From positions 1,202 to 65,201 of the forward strand of contig JAWKIF010000016.1 of NCBI GenBank assembly GCA_041394405.1: DNA of 64,000 nucleotides. The letters run 5' to 3'. This stretch comes from Microthrixaceae bacterium (GTDB taxonomy: Bacteria > Actinomycetota > Acidimicrobiia > Acidimicrobiales > Microtrichaceae). The notes beneath the pieces were generated by a model that worked only from the letters and a program-made list of their open reading frames with translations, was not told the DNA's origin and did not search any database. The position numbers and the translations under genes are program-made. Positions within the stretch are counted from its first letter, which is position 1; the number at the start of each line of letters is the position of its first letter. This document shows positions 55,469 through 63,779 of the stretch, piece after piece.

Positions 55469-56227
55469 ATGCCTGTCTCCCCGCCGCCTGACTTCCCGTC
55501 GACCCCCGGCGGCGACTCATCCACCCCTCCGCTGCCGGCGTCGTCGGCCCCCGTCGACCGAGGCGTCGTCATCTTCGACCTCGACGGGGTGCTCATCGAC
55601 TCGGAGCCCCGATGGGAAGCGGCCGAGGTTGAGGTGTTCGGGGCGATCGGCCTCCACCTGAGCAGCGCGGACACGGGCTCCACGACCGGACTGCGAGTGG
55701 ACGAGGTGGTGGGGCACTGGCTGACCCGACGGCCGTGGGACGACGCTGCACCGGGTGCGTCAGCCCACGAGGTGGCCGACTCGATCGTGGACGCCATGGT
55801 TGACCATGCCCGCACCGATCCCATCGAGGTTCCCGGTGCGGCCGACGCCGTCGCTCGCATGGCCGACGCAGGGTTCACGCTGGCGGTCTGCTCGTCGTCG
55901 CCCAGTCGCCTCATCGAGGCATCGCTGGAGGGTCTGGGGCTGGCCGACCCCTTCGAGGTGGTGCACTCCGCCGAGCGCGAGCCTGCGGGCAAACCCCACC
56001 CTGCGTGCTACCTGAGCACGGTCGAGCGCCTGGGTGTGTCGCCGCATCGGTGCGTCGCAATCGAGGACTCGGTGAACGGCGCCATCGCAGCTGCGGCTGC
56101 GGGCATTGCGGTCATCGCTGCGCCGCCGCCCCCGCAGTTCGCCGACCCACGCTTCGCCTTCTGTCCCCGGCTCCTCAAGGGGTTGGACGGGCTGACGGCC
56201 GAGCTGGTGGCCGGCCTGCTCAGCTGA
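55469..56227 (+). CDS. HAD-superfamily hydrolase (beta-phosphoglucomutase-like subfamily IA)
   Basis: 3' part of ORF 55364-56227 from ATG 55469. Motif I VIFDLDGVLIDSE; motif IV IEDSVNGAIAAAAAG. Confidence 0.75.
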   Translation: MPVSPPPDFPSTPGGDSSTPPLPASSAPVDRGVVIFDLDGVLIDSEPRWEAAEVEVFGAIGLHLSSADTGSTTGLRVDEVVGHWLTRRPWDDAAPGASAHEVADSIVDAMVDHARTDPIEVPGAADAVARMADAGFTLAVCSSSPSRLIEASLEGLGLADPFEVVHSAEREPAGKPHPACYLSTVERLGVSPHRCVAIEDSVNGAIAAAAAGIAVIAAPPPPQFADPRFAFCPRLLKGLDGLTAELVAGLLS

Positions 56228-56281
56228 TCGCCCGATCCCCGGCCGAGCTGGCCCCTGGCCGGTGAGCAGATCATCGAACGC

Positions 56282-56328
56282 AGGTGTGGAGCTGTGCCCA
56301 CCAATCTGACGGGCACGGCTCCACACCT
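56282..56328. terminator. Bidirectional terminator hairpin between convergent HAD and crotonase genes
   Basis: 18-bp stem AGGTGTGGAGCTGTGCCC / GGGCACGGCTCCACACCT (one G-U pair) with an 11-nt loop. Confidence 0.6.
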
Positions 56329-57323
56329 CAGGTGAATCGCGGCTCGTCCCACCAGGGGTACCACTCGGGCAGGTCGGCCGGCACCGACTGCGTCCACTTC
56401 GGCGGTCGCTTCTCCAGGAACGAGCCGATTCCTTCGGCCACGTCCGAGCCCCGCCCTTGTGCCACCACGGCCCGGCTGTCAACCAGGTGGGCGTCCATCG
56501 GGTGACCCGCCCCCAGGCCTCGCCACATCATCTGGCGGGTGAGTGCCGCCGAGACGGGCGCCGACCCGGCGATGAACCCTTGTGCCAGCGTCCGGGCATC
56601 GTCCAGCAGCGTGTGGGGAGCGTGTAGCGAGCGCACCAGTCCGCCTGCCAGGGCGTCGTCGGCGCTGATGAGCTTGGCGGTGTAGCACCATTCGAGCGCC
56701 GTCGAGATCCCCACGATGCGCGGCAGAAACCAGGACGACGTTGCCTCGGGAACCAGGCCGCGGGCGTTGAAGACGAAGCCGAACCGGGCGGTCCGGCTGG
56801 CCAGGCGGATGTCGGCGGGCAGGCACATGGTGACGCCGATGCCCACCGCATCGCCACCGATGGCGGCAATGATGGGCTTGGTACAGCGGAACATGCGCAG
56901 CACCACGATGCCGCCGGTGTCGCGGATGGCGTCGGGATCGTCGCCCCGCATGTCGTCGATGCTGTCGTAGAACGCCCGCACCCGCGCTTCACCGGTCGAC
57001 GGGGCCGGGGCGCCGTCCTCGGTTGGCACCTCCCGAACGTCGAAGTTGAAGGTGTCGGTTCCTCCGGCCAGGTCGGCACCGGCGCAGAACGCTCGGCCCT
57101 CGCCGGCCAGGATCAGCGCCCGCACGTTGTCATCGCCATCCACCAGGTCGAGCGCCAGCATCATCTCTGCGGCCATCAGCGGCGTGAACGCATTCAGGCG
57201 CTCCGGGCGATGCAGCGTCAGGGTGGCGACTTGATCGGTGACCTCGTAGCGGATCGTCTCAAAGTCGCTGCCGGTGTGTGAGCCAGTGTCGTTCCCCATC
57301 GTCGGAGTCTGACACCGTCCCAC
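56328..57323 (-). CDS. Enoyl-CoA hydratase/isomerase (crotonase) family protein
   Basis: ORF 56328-57323. LTLHRPERLNAFT...ILAGEGRAFCAGADL. GTG 57323 preceded by GGGAGG. Confidence 0.8.
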   Translation of the reverse strand: MGRCQTPTMGNDTGSHTGSDFETIRYEVTDQVATLTLHRPERLNAFTPLMAAEMMLALDLVDGDDNVRALILAGEGRAFCAGADLAGGTDTFNFDVREVPTEDGAPAPSTGEARVRAFYDSIDDMRGDDPDAIRDTGGIVVLRMFRCTKPIIAAIGGDAVGIGVTMCLPADIRLASRTARFGFVFNARGLVPEATSSWFLPRIVGISTALEWCYTAKLISADDALAGGLVRSLHAPHTLLDDARTLAQGFIAGSAPVSAALTRQMMWRGLGAGHPMDAHLVDSRAVVAQGRGSDVAEGIGSFLEKRPPKWTQSVPADLPEWYPWWDEPRFT

Positions 57324-57427
57324 CTCAGCCTCCCGAAACCGCCGTCGTCAACCAGCGTCGGTAGCCCGGGCTCTCGATCTGACTGACCCGGTGTGACGAT
57401 GGCCACGGAGCGATGGGTGGGCGCGGC

Positions 57428-57456
57428 TTGTTGGGTCACGGCAGTGCCGATACAGT
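57428..57456 (+). promoter_or_regulatory. Candidate housekeeping-sigma promoter of the tRNA gene (TTGTTG - 17 nt - TACAGT)
   Basis: -35-like hexamer at 57428-57433 and -10-like hexamer at 57451-57456. The tRNA 5' end lies 12 nt downstream. Confidence 0.45.
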
Positions 57457-57467
57457 GACGCCCACGC

Positions 57468-57544
<77 letters not shown>

Positions 57545-57560
57545 ACGAAAACCCTGGTAG

Positions 57561-57604
57561 ACGGCCCTTTCCGAGAGATTCGGAGAGGGCCGTTCCACCG
57601 TTTT
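57561..57604 (+). terminator. Rho-independent terminator of the tRNA gene
   Basis: 14-15 bp stem ACGGCCCTTTCCGA(G) / (T)TCGGAGAGGGCCGT with a 3-nt loop, followed by TCCACCGTTTT. Confidence 0.65.
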
Positions 57605-58268
57605 CGGCGATTCTTCTACCGGGCTTTCTACCGAGTCGTCTGGGACAGCCGACGACGGGTCGTGACGGGACGGCGAGAGGTGACCTTCGGGTTCTGGCTG
57701 GCAGGCTCCGGCGGACGGCGCCTCTCGCGCCGCGGCGGGTGAGGTCGCGTGGCGCCTCGGGGTGCCTCCTGCCACGTCATTCTGAGAGGGCGCGCCGCGG
57801 TTGTCGAACTCTCAGGCAACCCCATCACCCGCCGGGGCCACCAGAGCGCGCACTACATAGGTCCAGATCCGTGCTCCCGGGGGGCGTCGTAGCGGAATCT
57901 CGATGAACCTGGAGACCCGGGCTGGCTACGAGCCGTTCCAGCCTCTGCCGCCGCCGGCCCTGCTCGCCGCAGTGAGGGTTCCAGCGTCGTAGCCGGTGGT
58001 GGGTACCAGGTTCTCGATTGCACGCCACCCGCTGGCCGGGGCGATCAGGTGAGTCGCCATTGACGAACAGTAGGAGCCGAGTGGCGTACGGTCTCAGCTT
58101 GTCGGGTTGACGCGAGCCGAGGGGGCCGGGGACCTGACGGTCTCCCATGGTCGCATCACTCGAAGCAGGCACCACGCCACCAGCACGCCAGCGGGTCGGC
58201 ATCTCATACGCCGATGCCTTCGCGACCGCGGGACATGAGGACCAACTTCCGACCGCGTCTCGGGCTGG

Positions 58269-59462
58269 ATGATGGCCGGCGGTCTTGAAGATGCGCTAGC
58301 GACTGTTGGGCCGGGCGACACCAGTGGAAGCGAGACGTTCGCTCGGTACCTGTATCAGTGCAAGGTGGCGGTTCAGCGATGGTTGGCGACGATCGAGGCG
58401 GCCGAGGACGCCTTCATCCTCTGCGAGTTCGTCGATGACGTAACAACTGTCACGAGCGCGGAGATCTGCTTCGCTCAAGTCAAGACGCGCGACCGGGGTG
58501 CATGGACGGCGGCGAAGGTTCTCACCGCAGGCGGGGGACTCGATGCGCTCGTTCGTTCGTTCGGCCTCGCGAAGGCAGCGGAGAATGTGCCGCCGATCCG
58601 GCTGGAGCTGATCTTGGAAGGGCCCGAGGGGCCGCGCGCTGACACGAGGACCTTCTTCGCCGACCCGACCGCAGCGTCAGTCGCCCAAAGGTCGGCGATC
58701 GTCGACTTGGGTCTGTCCGAGGCTGATGTTGATGAGTTCCTCGCGTGTCTGAAGGTTGTCCGGCAGTACCACGCTCGTCCGTCGATCGACGCCGTCACGA
58801 TACGGCTGCTCATAGGGCTCGTGCCGGGCCACAGCGCCCACATCGAAGCTCTCTACGACAAGCTCCTTCAGCGCGTGATCGCTGCTCACATCGGGTCTGC
58901 CGAGTCGGCAGACCCGGCGCATCCCTTGGCGCTGCAGCCCTCGCCGACCTCCGACGAACAAGAGAAGATCGAGGAGCATCGTCTCAGCCGCGCCGAACTG
59001 CTCATGTTGCTCCCTCCTATCCCCGCCCTGGAGGCCGAGCAACGGCGCCTTCTAGCGGCGGCGAATGAAGGGGCGCTGGCGATGACCGACCTCGAGTGGA
59101 AGCTGCGCGTCGCTGGAGCGGGCGACCAGACCGTGGCGCGAGCACAAGCGCGACGGTCCACCACCAGTGCCCGACTCGCCGCTCGGCCCACCCTTGCAGG
59201 CGAGGTCGATCAGGCTCTCGAGCACCTGTCAGAGCGCGTCCTGGAGCACGCCGAGGCCGTGACAACCGACGTCGTTGGCTCAGCGGCAACTCCCGCACAC
59301 GCGTCTCGGCCAGCTGAAGTGATCTACTCCAGGCTCGTCCAACAGACAGCGCGGCTCGGTGACCTCGACCAGGACCAAGTGTTGTCCGGCGATGGCGAAC
59401 TCGTCCTCGGCCTGCTTTGCGAGCTGTCCGACCAGTGTCGGTACCCGTGGAGGTCGATATGA
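58269..59462 (+). CDS. Cap4/DUF4297-like PD-(D/E)xK nuclease-domain protein (effector-like; LmuA/DdmA-like position) with uncharacterised helical C-terminal region
   Basis: ORF 58269-59462. N-terminus GSETFARYLYQCKVAVQRWL...FILCEFVDDVTTVTSAEICFAQVKTRD has the G..t..G/A..YQ ... E..DD ...(x12)... QVK layout I recall for DUF4297/Cap4 nuclease domains. Stop overlaps the next start (ATGA). Confidence 0.65.
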   Translation: MMAGGLEDALATVGPGDTSGSETFARYLYQCKVAVQRWLATIEAAEDAFILCEFVDDVTTVTSAEICFAQVKTRDRGAWTAAKVLTAGGGLDALVRSFGLAKAAENVPPIRLELILEGPEGPRADTRTFFADPTAASVAQRSAIVDLGLSEADVDEFLACLKVVRQYHARPSIDAVTIRLLIGLVPGHSAHIEALYDKLLQRVIAAHIGSAESADPAHPLALQPSPTSDEQEKIEEHRLSRAELLMLLPPIPALEAEQRRLLAAANEGALAMTDLEWKLRVAGAGDQTVARAQARRSTTSARLAARPTLAGEVDQALEHLSERVLEHAEAVTTDVVGSAATPAHASRPAEVIYSRLVQQTARLGDLDQDQVLSGDGELVLGLLCELSDQCRYPWRSI

Positions 59463-59998
59463 CGGACCGCTTGACGAAGTTCCGCTCCCTCCCCGAGTCC
59501 GAGGGTCGAGTCCTCCTCCTCATCAACGCGTTCAGCGGAACAGCCGAGAAGCCTCGACTCCTCGAGGGCCGCCTCAAACTTGCGAAGCTCGACTTCCTCG
59601 TTCGCTACCCCAAGTACTTGAGGCGCGTGCTCCAGGATCGCGACGTATCCGAGAAGGTCCTCGCCACGGTCGATGAGGAACTGGCTCCGCTCCAGGATCG
59701 GATGATCCGGTATCGCTACGGCCCGTGGGACCCCTCCTACTACGCAGTCCTGGGTGGCTTGATCGGCCGTGGGCTCATTGAGTCGATCCCGTTCAAGCAT
59801 GGGATCGGCTACCGGGCAACCGACCGAGGTCGCCAGTTGGCCGCCGGACTTGTCGAAGACGACACCTGGGCATCGGTGCACCGTCGCGCACTCGCGGCAA
59901 GGCGGCACCTGGATCTGAGCGGGACCACGTTGAAGAACCTCCTGTACGACGCCATCCCCGAGATGACGAACGCGAACTGGCACTCGGAGGTCGAATGA
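59459..59998 (+). CDS. Small middle-component protein (wHTH-like; LmuC/DdmB or ABC-3C middle-component position)
   Basis: ORF 59417-59998. ATG 59459 overlaps the upstream stop. ...RLKLAKLDFLVRYPKYLRRVL... and ...YYAVLGGLIGRGLIESIPFKHGIGYRATDRGRQLA... resemble a winged-helix core. Assignment is mainly by size and position. Confidence 0.5.
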   Translation: MTDRLTKFRSLPESEGRVLLLINAFSGTAEKPRLLEGRLKLAKLDFLVRYPKYLRRVLQDRDVSEKVLATVDEELAPLQDRMIRYRYGPWDPSYYAVLGGLIGRGLIESIPFKHGIGYRATDRGRQLAAGLVEDDTWASVHRRALAARRHLDLSGTTLKNLLYDAIPEMTNANWHSEVE

Positions 59999-60013
59999 GG
60001 GAGCGCGCCGTTT

Positions 60014-62002
60014 ATGCATGAGCTTCGAGTTCACCGCCTTGACCTCATCGGTGGCCGCCGAACGATCGACTTCCCGGAGGGCTTCTCGGTCATCCGAGGA
60101 TCGATCACGACCGGGAAGACGACCGTTGTTCGGCTGCTTCGCGCTCTTCTTGGCCGAGTCCCCAACCACCTGCCTCCTGAAACCGGCGTTGTCCGGTCGG
60201 TCCGTGGACGTGTCACGTTCGGCTCTGAGCTATGGGAGATCGATCGCCCTCTGGTCACCACCAAGAGCGCAGTCGTATCGCTGAGTCGCCGCGAGCCGGC
60301 AGACGACGAGGACGACGTCGCTCACGAACTCATCGCCGACACGCTTCGGCTGCCCGCCGAGCGTCCAACGTCAACGGTGCCACTCACCTACCAGGACTGG
60401 CTGCTCGCCCGTCTCGGGATCCCGTCGGTCGCAGTTCCACGCGCGCGCACGGACATCACCAGTGAAACGTCTCCCGTCACGATCAACGACTGGCTCCTCT
60501 ACTGCATCGTGCGTGATGACGAGATCGACACCGCGGTATTCGGACACAAGGACACGTTCACGGACCGCAAACGACGAGCTGTATTCGAGATCAACTACGG
60601 GATCTACAGCGCCGAGGTCGCGGACCTGCAAGCTCAGCTGAGGAGCGTCGAGCTCAGGCTCGAGGACCTCGACCGCTCGAACGACGCCGTCCGCGCCTTC
60701 CTCAAAGACACTCCGTTCTCCAGCCTCGACGACATCGACGAGCAGACGACCGTCGTCCGCGACGCGATCAGCGAGATCAGCGCACAGGCGCAGTCGGTCG
60801 CCTCCGCTGGCCTGGCCGAAACCCAGAGTCGACGACTTCGAGCACAGATCAGCGACGTCGAACAACGACTTGTCTCCGCTGCTGCGGCAGAACGCGCCGC
60901 CGCCCGCAGTCGCGCAGAACTCGACGACCTTCATCAGACCCTGAGCACGCAGTCCGAGCGCCTCACCCGTGCCATCGTCGCCGACGAATGGCTAGTCGAC
61001 TTCGACTTCGTCGTCTGCCCTCGATGCGGCACAAGTATCGAGCCCAGCCGGTCCGACGAGGACCACTGCTACCTCTGCCTTCAAACCCCTCACCAATCCG
61101 GATTCCATGACGAACTCGTCGTGGAGCAAGAACGCATCGCCAGTCAGATGGTCGAGACCCAGTCCCTCGCAGAGCTGCGCGACGACGAGTTGGCCGCCTT
61201 GCGATCCGAGCGCGAACGGCTCGAGCAGGAGGCTGTGCTTGCGAACGCCGAGCTTGATCGACGGACAGCTGAGTTCCTCTCACAGCGCGCTGAGTCTCTC
61301 GTCGTGGCAGCCGGCCAGCGGGCCGGGCTCGAGGCCCGACTGCTCCAACTGACCGAGTACCGGCAGTTGCTGATCCGGTACACCGACCTCGAAGGCCAAC
61401 GGGCCGCGCTCGAGGACGAACGGGCCGACCTCGTCGATGCCCTCGCCCAACACGAACGACTTGGAACTAGGGCAGAGGAACTCATCAGGGCGTTGGAGGC
61501 TCGGTTTCTGGAGTACCTCCAGCGCCTCCATGTGTCCTTGTCCGATCTACCGCTGACGGCCGCCATCAACCGGGCCACCTACCTTCCGGTCGTGACCGAG
61601 CGACCATTCGACGAGCTGTCCAGCCAGGGGCTGACCGTGCTCGTCAACGTCGCCCACGCGCTCGCGCACCACACCGTCTCTCTCGACAACGATCTTCCAC
61701 TCCCGAGCCTGCTGGTCTTGGATGGGCTTTCAAACAACGTGGGCCACGAGGGCTTCGACCTCGAACGGCGGGACGACACGTATCGGCTGCTCATGGACGA
61801 GGTAGCGAGGTACGGCGGCCGGCTCCAGGTCATCGCCTTGGACAACGACGTCCCAGCGTTCGCCGACGACGCGATCGTCTTGACCCTCTCACCAGACGAC
61901 AGACTTATCCGCACCGAGGCAGCACAGCTTGATGAGCAAGGCGGCGAGTCGTTTGGTCGCGACGAGGACGAGGCAACGGGCGCTCCGAGCGAGCGCAGCT
62001 GA
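60014..62002 (+). CDS. SMC/Rad50-like ABC ATPase with long coiled-coil insert and central 4-Cys hook (LmuB/DdmC or ABC-3C ATPase position)
   Basis: ORF 60014-62002. GAGGGAG RBS. N-terminal Walker A GSITTGKTT (res 29-37) and ~300 aa of heptad-rich Q/E/R/L/A sequence. CPRC-x13-CYLC at res 335-355 of 662. C-terminal signature-like LSSQG, Walker B-like LLVLDG (D570), then RLQVIALDNDVP. Confidence 0.7.
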   Translation: MHELRVHRLDLIGGRRTIDFPEGFSVIRGSITTGKTTVVRLLRALLGRVPNHLPPETGVVRSVRGRVTFGSELWEIDRPLVTTKSAVVSLSRREPADDEDDVAHELIADTLRLPAERPTSTVPLTYQDWLLARLGIPSVAVPRARTDITSETSPVTINDWLLYCIVRDDEIDTAVFGHKDTFTDRKRRAVFEINYGIYSAEVADLQAQLRSVELRLEDLDRSNDAVRAFLKDTPFSSLDDIDEQTTVVRDAISEISAQAQSVASAGLAETQSRRLRAQISDVEQRLVSAAAAERAAARSRAELDDLHQTLSTQSERLTRAIVADEWLVDFDFVVCPRCGTSIEPSRSDEDHCYLCLQTPHQSGFHDELVVEQERIASQMVETQSLAELRDDELAALRSERERLEQEAVLANAELDRRTAEFLSQRAESLVVAAGQRAGLEARLLQLTEYRQLLIRYTDLEGQRAALEDERADLVDALAQHERLGTRAEELIRALEARFLEYLQRLHVSLSDLPLTAAINRATYLPVVTERPFDELSSQGLTVLVNVAHALAHHTVSLDNDLPLPSLLVLDGLSNNVGHEGFDLERRDDTYRLLMDEVARYGGRLQVIALDNDVPAFADDAIVLTLSPDDRLIRTEAAQLDEQGGESFGRDEDEATGAPSERS

Positions 62003-62464
62003 GGCGGTCGGCCGAAGCTGCAAGGGCTCGTCACGACATCTCAGCAGCGCGATGGCGTCTCCGGTTGTCTCGCTCGTCTTCCGCGGCCCGCCGCCGCCGT
62101 GATCCCGCGGCGCCCATGCCCCGACGACTCATCGGTCCGCTTCCTCGCTACTCCCTCGTGTCCTTCGCGGGCGGCCGGCTGGAGGTGCATGGGTGGCCCG
62201 TGCCTGAAAACGCACGCCGTTCGAGATTGGGCATGATGCGTTGGCTCGTCATGGCCCACCCTTGGAGGCGGATGACTGGTCGCCCCTCGTGCGGTTCAGG
62301 ACCGAACGCTCAAGTTGCGGTCGGCACTGAGATAGGCATGCTCACCGGCGCCGCGTGGCGATGGCAAGCATCGACCTTCGGGTTGTGGCGGCGGTTAGAG
62401 TGATCGTTGCAGCGCCGGTTCGCCCCGTTGACGCCCCGGGTCCGGCCTTCGTGGCTGCGTCGGC

Positions 62465-62493
62465 GTCCCTTCTGAATCTGTGATCGAAGGGAC
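62465..62493 (+). promoter_or_regulatory. Inverted repeat GTCCCTTC-n13-GAAGGGAC overlapping the integrase ribosome-binding site
   Basis: Read directly from the sequence. The right arm contains the GAAGGGA Shine-Dalgarno-like sequence 9-15 nt upstream of ATG 62502. Confidence 0.35.
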
Positions 62494-62501
62494 ACCGCAT
62501 C

Positions 62502-63779
62502 ATGCGCGGCTACGTGACCAAGAAGGGCAAGAAGTACTACGTCGTCATCTACGACGGCATCGACCCGGCGACGGGCAAGGAGAAGCGGCGCTGGGTCGCC
62601 GCGGGCAACCGGCGTGACGACGCCGACAAGCTTGTGACCGAGCTGACCAAGCGGAGCCATCGTGGCGAGACGGTGGTGAGCGAGAAGCTGACGCTGGGCC
62701 AGTACCTGACGACGCGGTGGCTGCCGGTCCAAGAGAGCCGGTTGCGGGCGAGCACGTACGACTCGTACCGACGCAACATCGACCTGCACGTCATCCCGGC
62801 GTTGGGGGAACGCCTCCTCGATCGGCTCACGGCGGAGGACATCGACTTGTTCTACGCGGCGCTGCTCAAGAACGGCAGCAAGAAGCGCACCGGCAAGTCG
62901 CCGGACGGCAAGCAGGCCGAGCCGAAGGGACTGGCTCCGAAGACCGTGCACAACATCCACGTGATGTTGAACAAGGCGCTGAGCGACGCGGCACGCAAGG
63001 GCACGGTGGTCCGCAACGTGGTCGCGATGGCGGACGCGCCGTCGTTGCAGGCCCGCAAGCGCGACGAGATCAAGGCGTGGGACGTCGACGAACTCGTCAC
63101 GTTCCTCGACGTGATCGCCCCGCACCGCCTGTCGCCGGCGTTCTTCCTGGCCGCGCACACCGGGATGCGCCGTGGCGAGGTGCTCGGGCTGCGGTGGCGA
63201 GACCTCGACCTCGACGCCAACCGCGTCGCGGTCCGCCAAGCCCTCGTGTCGGTCGCGTACGAGGTGTCGATCTCGGATGTGAAGACGGGGACGAGCCGCC
63301 GCACGATCGACATCGACGCCGATGTCGTGCAGGTGCTGCGGGACTGGTTCAAGGCCCGCACCGAGGAGCGCGACGGCTCCAAGCCCGCAGCTGACGATCT
63401 GGTGTTCACCAAGGACGACGGGTCGTGGCTGCACCCCGACACGTTCAGCCAGCTCTTCGACCGCACCGTCGCCAGGGCCAAGGTGCCGGTGATCTCGCTG
63501 CACGACCTGCGCCACACGCACGCCACCTTGTTGTTGAAGGCGGGGGTGCACGTGAAGGTGGTGAGCGAACGGCTGGGTCACGCCAACGTCGCGTTCACGA
63601 TGAACGTGTACCAGCACGTCCTGCCGGGCATGCAGGCCGCTGCCGCCGACACGTTCTCGCTGTTGCTGCGCAACCAGCGCAACAAGCTGGCCGCGAACGC
63701 CGAACCGGGCGGCGAGCGCGATGCCACTCCCGATCCTGACGCAGCCGACGCCGCCGCGGACACCGAGGACGAGCAGTGA
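62502..63779 (+). CDS. Tyrosine-type site-specific integrase
   Basis: ORF 62502-63779. Arm-binding-type N-terminus MRGYVTKKGKKYYVVIYDG..., core-binding domain, and catalytic motifs HTGMRRGEVLGLRW (Arg), HDLRHTHATLLL (His-x-x-Arg), LGHANVAFTMNVYQHV (His...Tyr). Confidence 0.9.
   Translation: MRGYVTKKGKKYYVVIYDGIDPATGKEKRRWVAAGNRRDDADKLVTELTKRSHRGETVVSEKLTLGQYLTTRWLPVQESRLRASTYDSYRRNIDLHVIPALGERLLDRLTAEDIDLFYAALLKNGSKKRTGKSPDGKQAEPKGLAPKTVHNIHVMLNKALSDAARKGTVVRNVVAMADAPSLQARKRDEIKAWDVDELVTFLDVIAPHRLSPAFFLAAHTGMRRGEVLGLRWRDLDLDANRVAVRQALVSVAYEVSISDVKTGTSRRTIDIDADVVQVLRDWFKARTEERDGSKPAADDLVFTKDDGSWLHPDTFSQLFDRTVARAKVPVISLHDLRHTHATLLLKAGVHVKVVSERLGHANVAFTMNVYQHVLPGMQAAAADTFSLLLRNQRNKLAANAEPGGERDATPDPDAADAAADTEDEQ

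Noticed and set aside
57825-58202. 125-aa minus-strand ORF divergent from the cassette (possible regulator or decayed mobile-element gene)
   Set aside because: It is Arg/Pro/Gly-rich with no HTH, integrase, transposase or HNH motif recognisable, and no RBS. It is kept only as part of the unassigned-region finding.
62041-62403. Small ORFs (72 aa minus, 112 aa plus) between the ABC ATPase and the integrase, considered as an excisionase or regulator
   Set aside because: There is no HTH or excisionase-like sequence, the composition is very Arg-rich, and the ORFs overlap each other. Support is insufficient.
62310-63617. 435-aa minus-strand ORF
   Set aside because: It lies antisense to the tyrosine integrase, which has all catalytic motifs on the plus strand.
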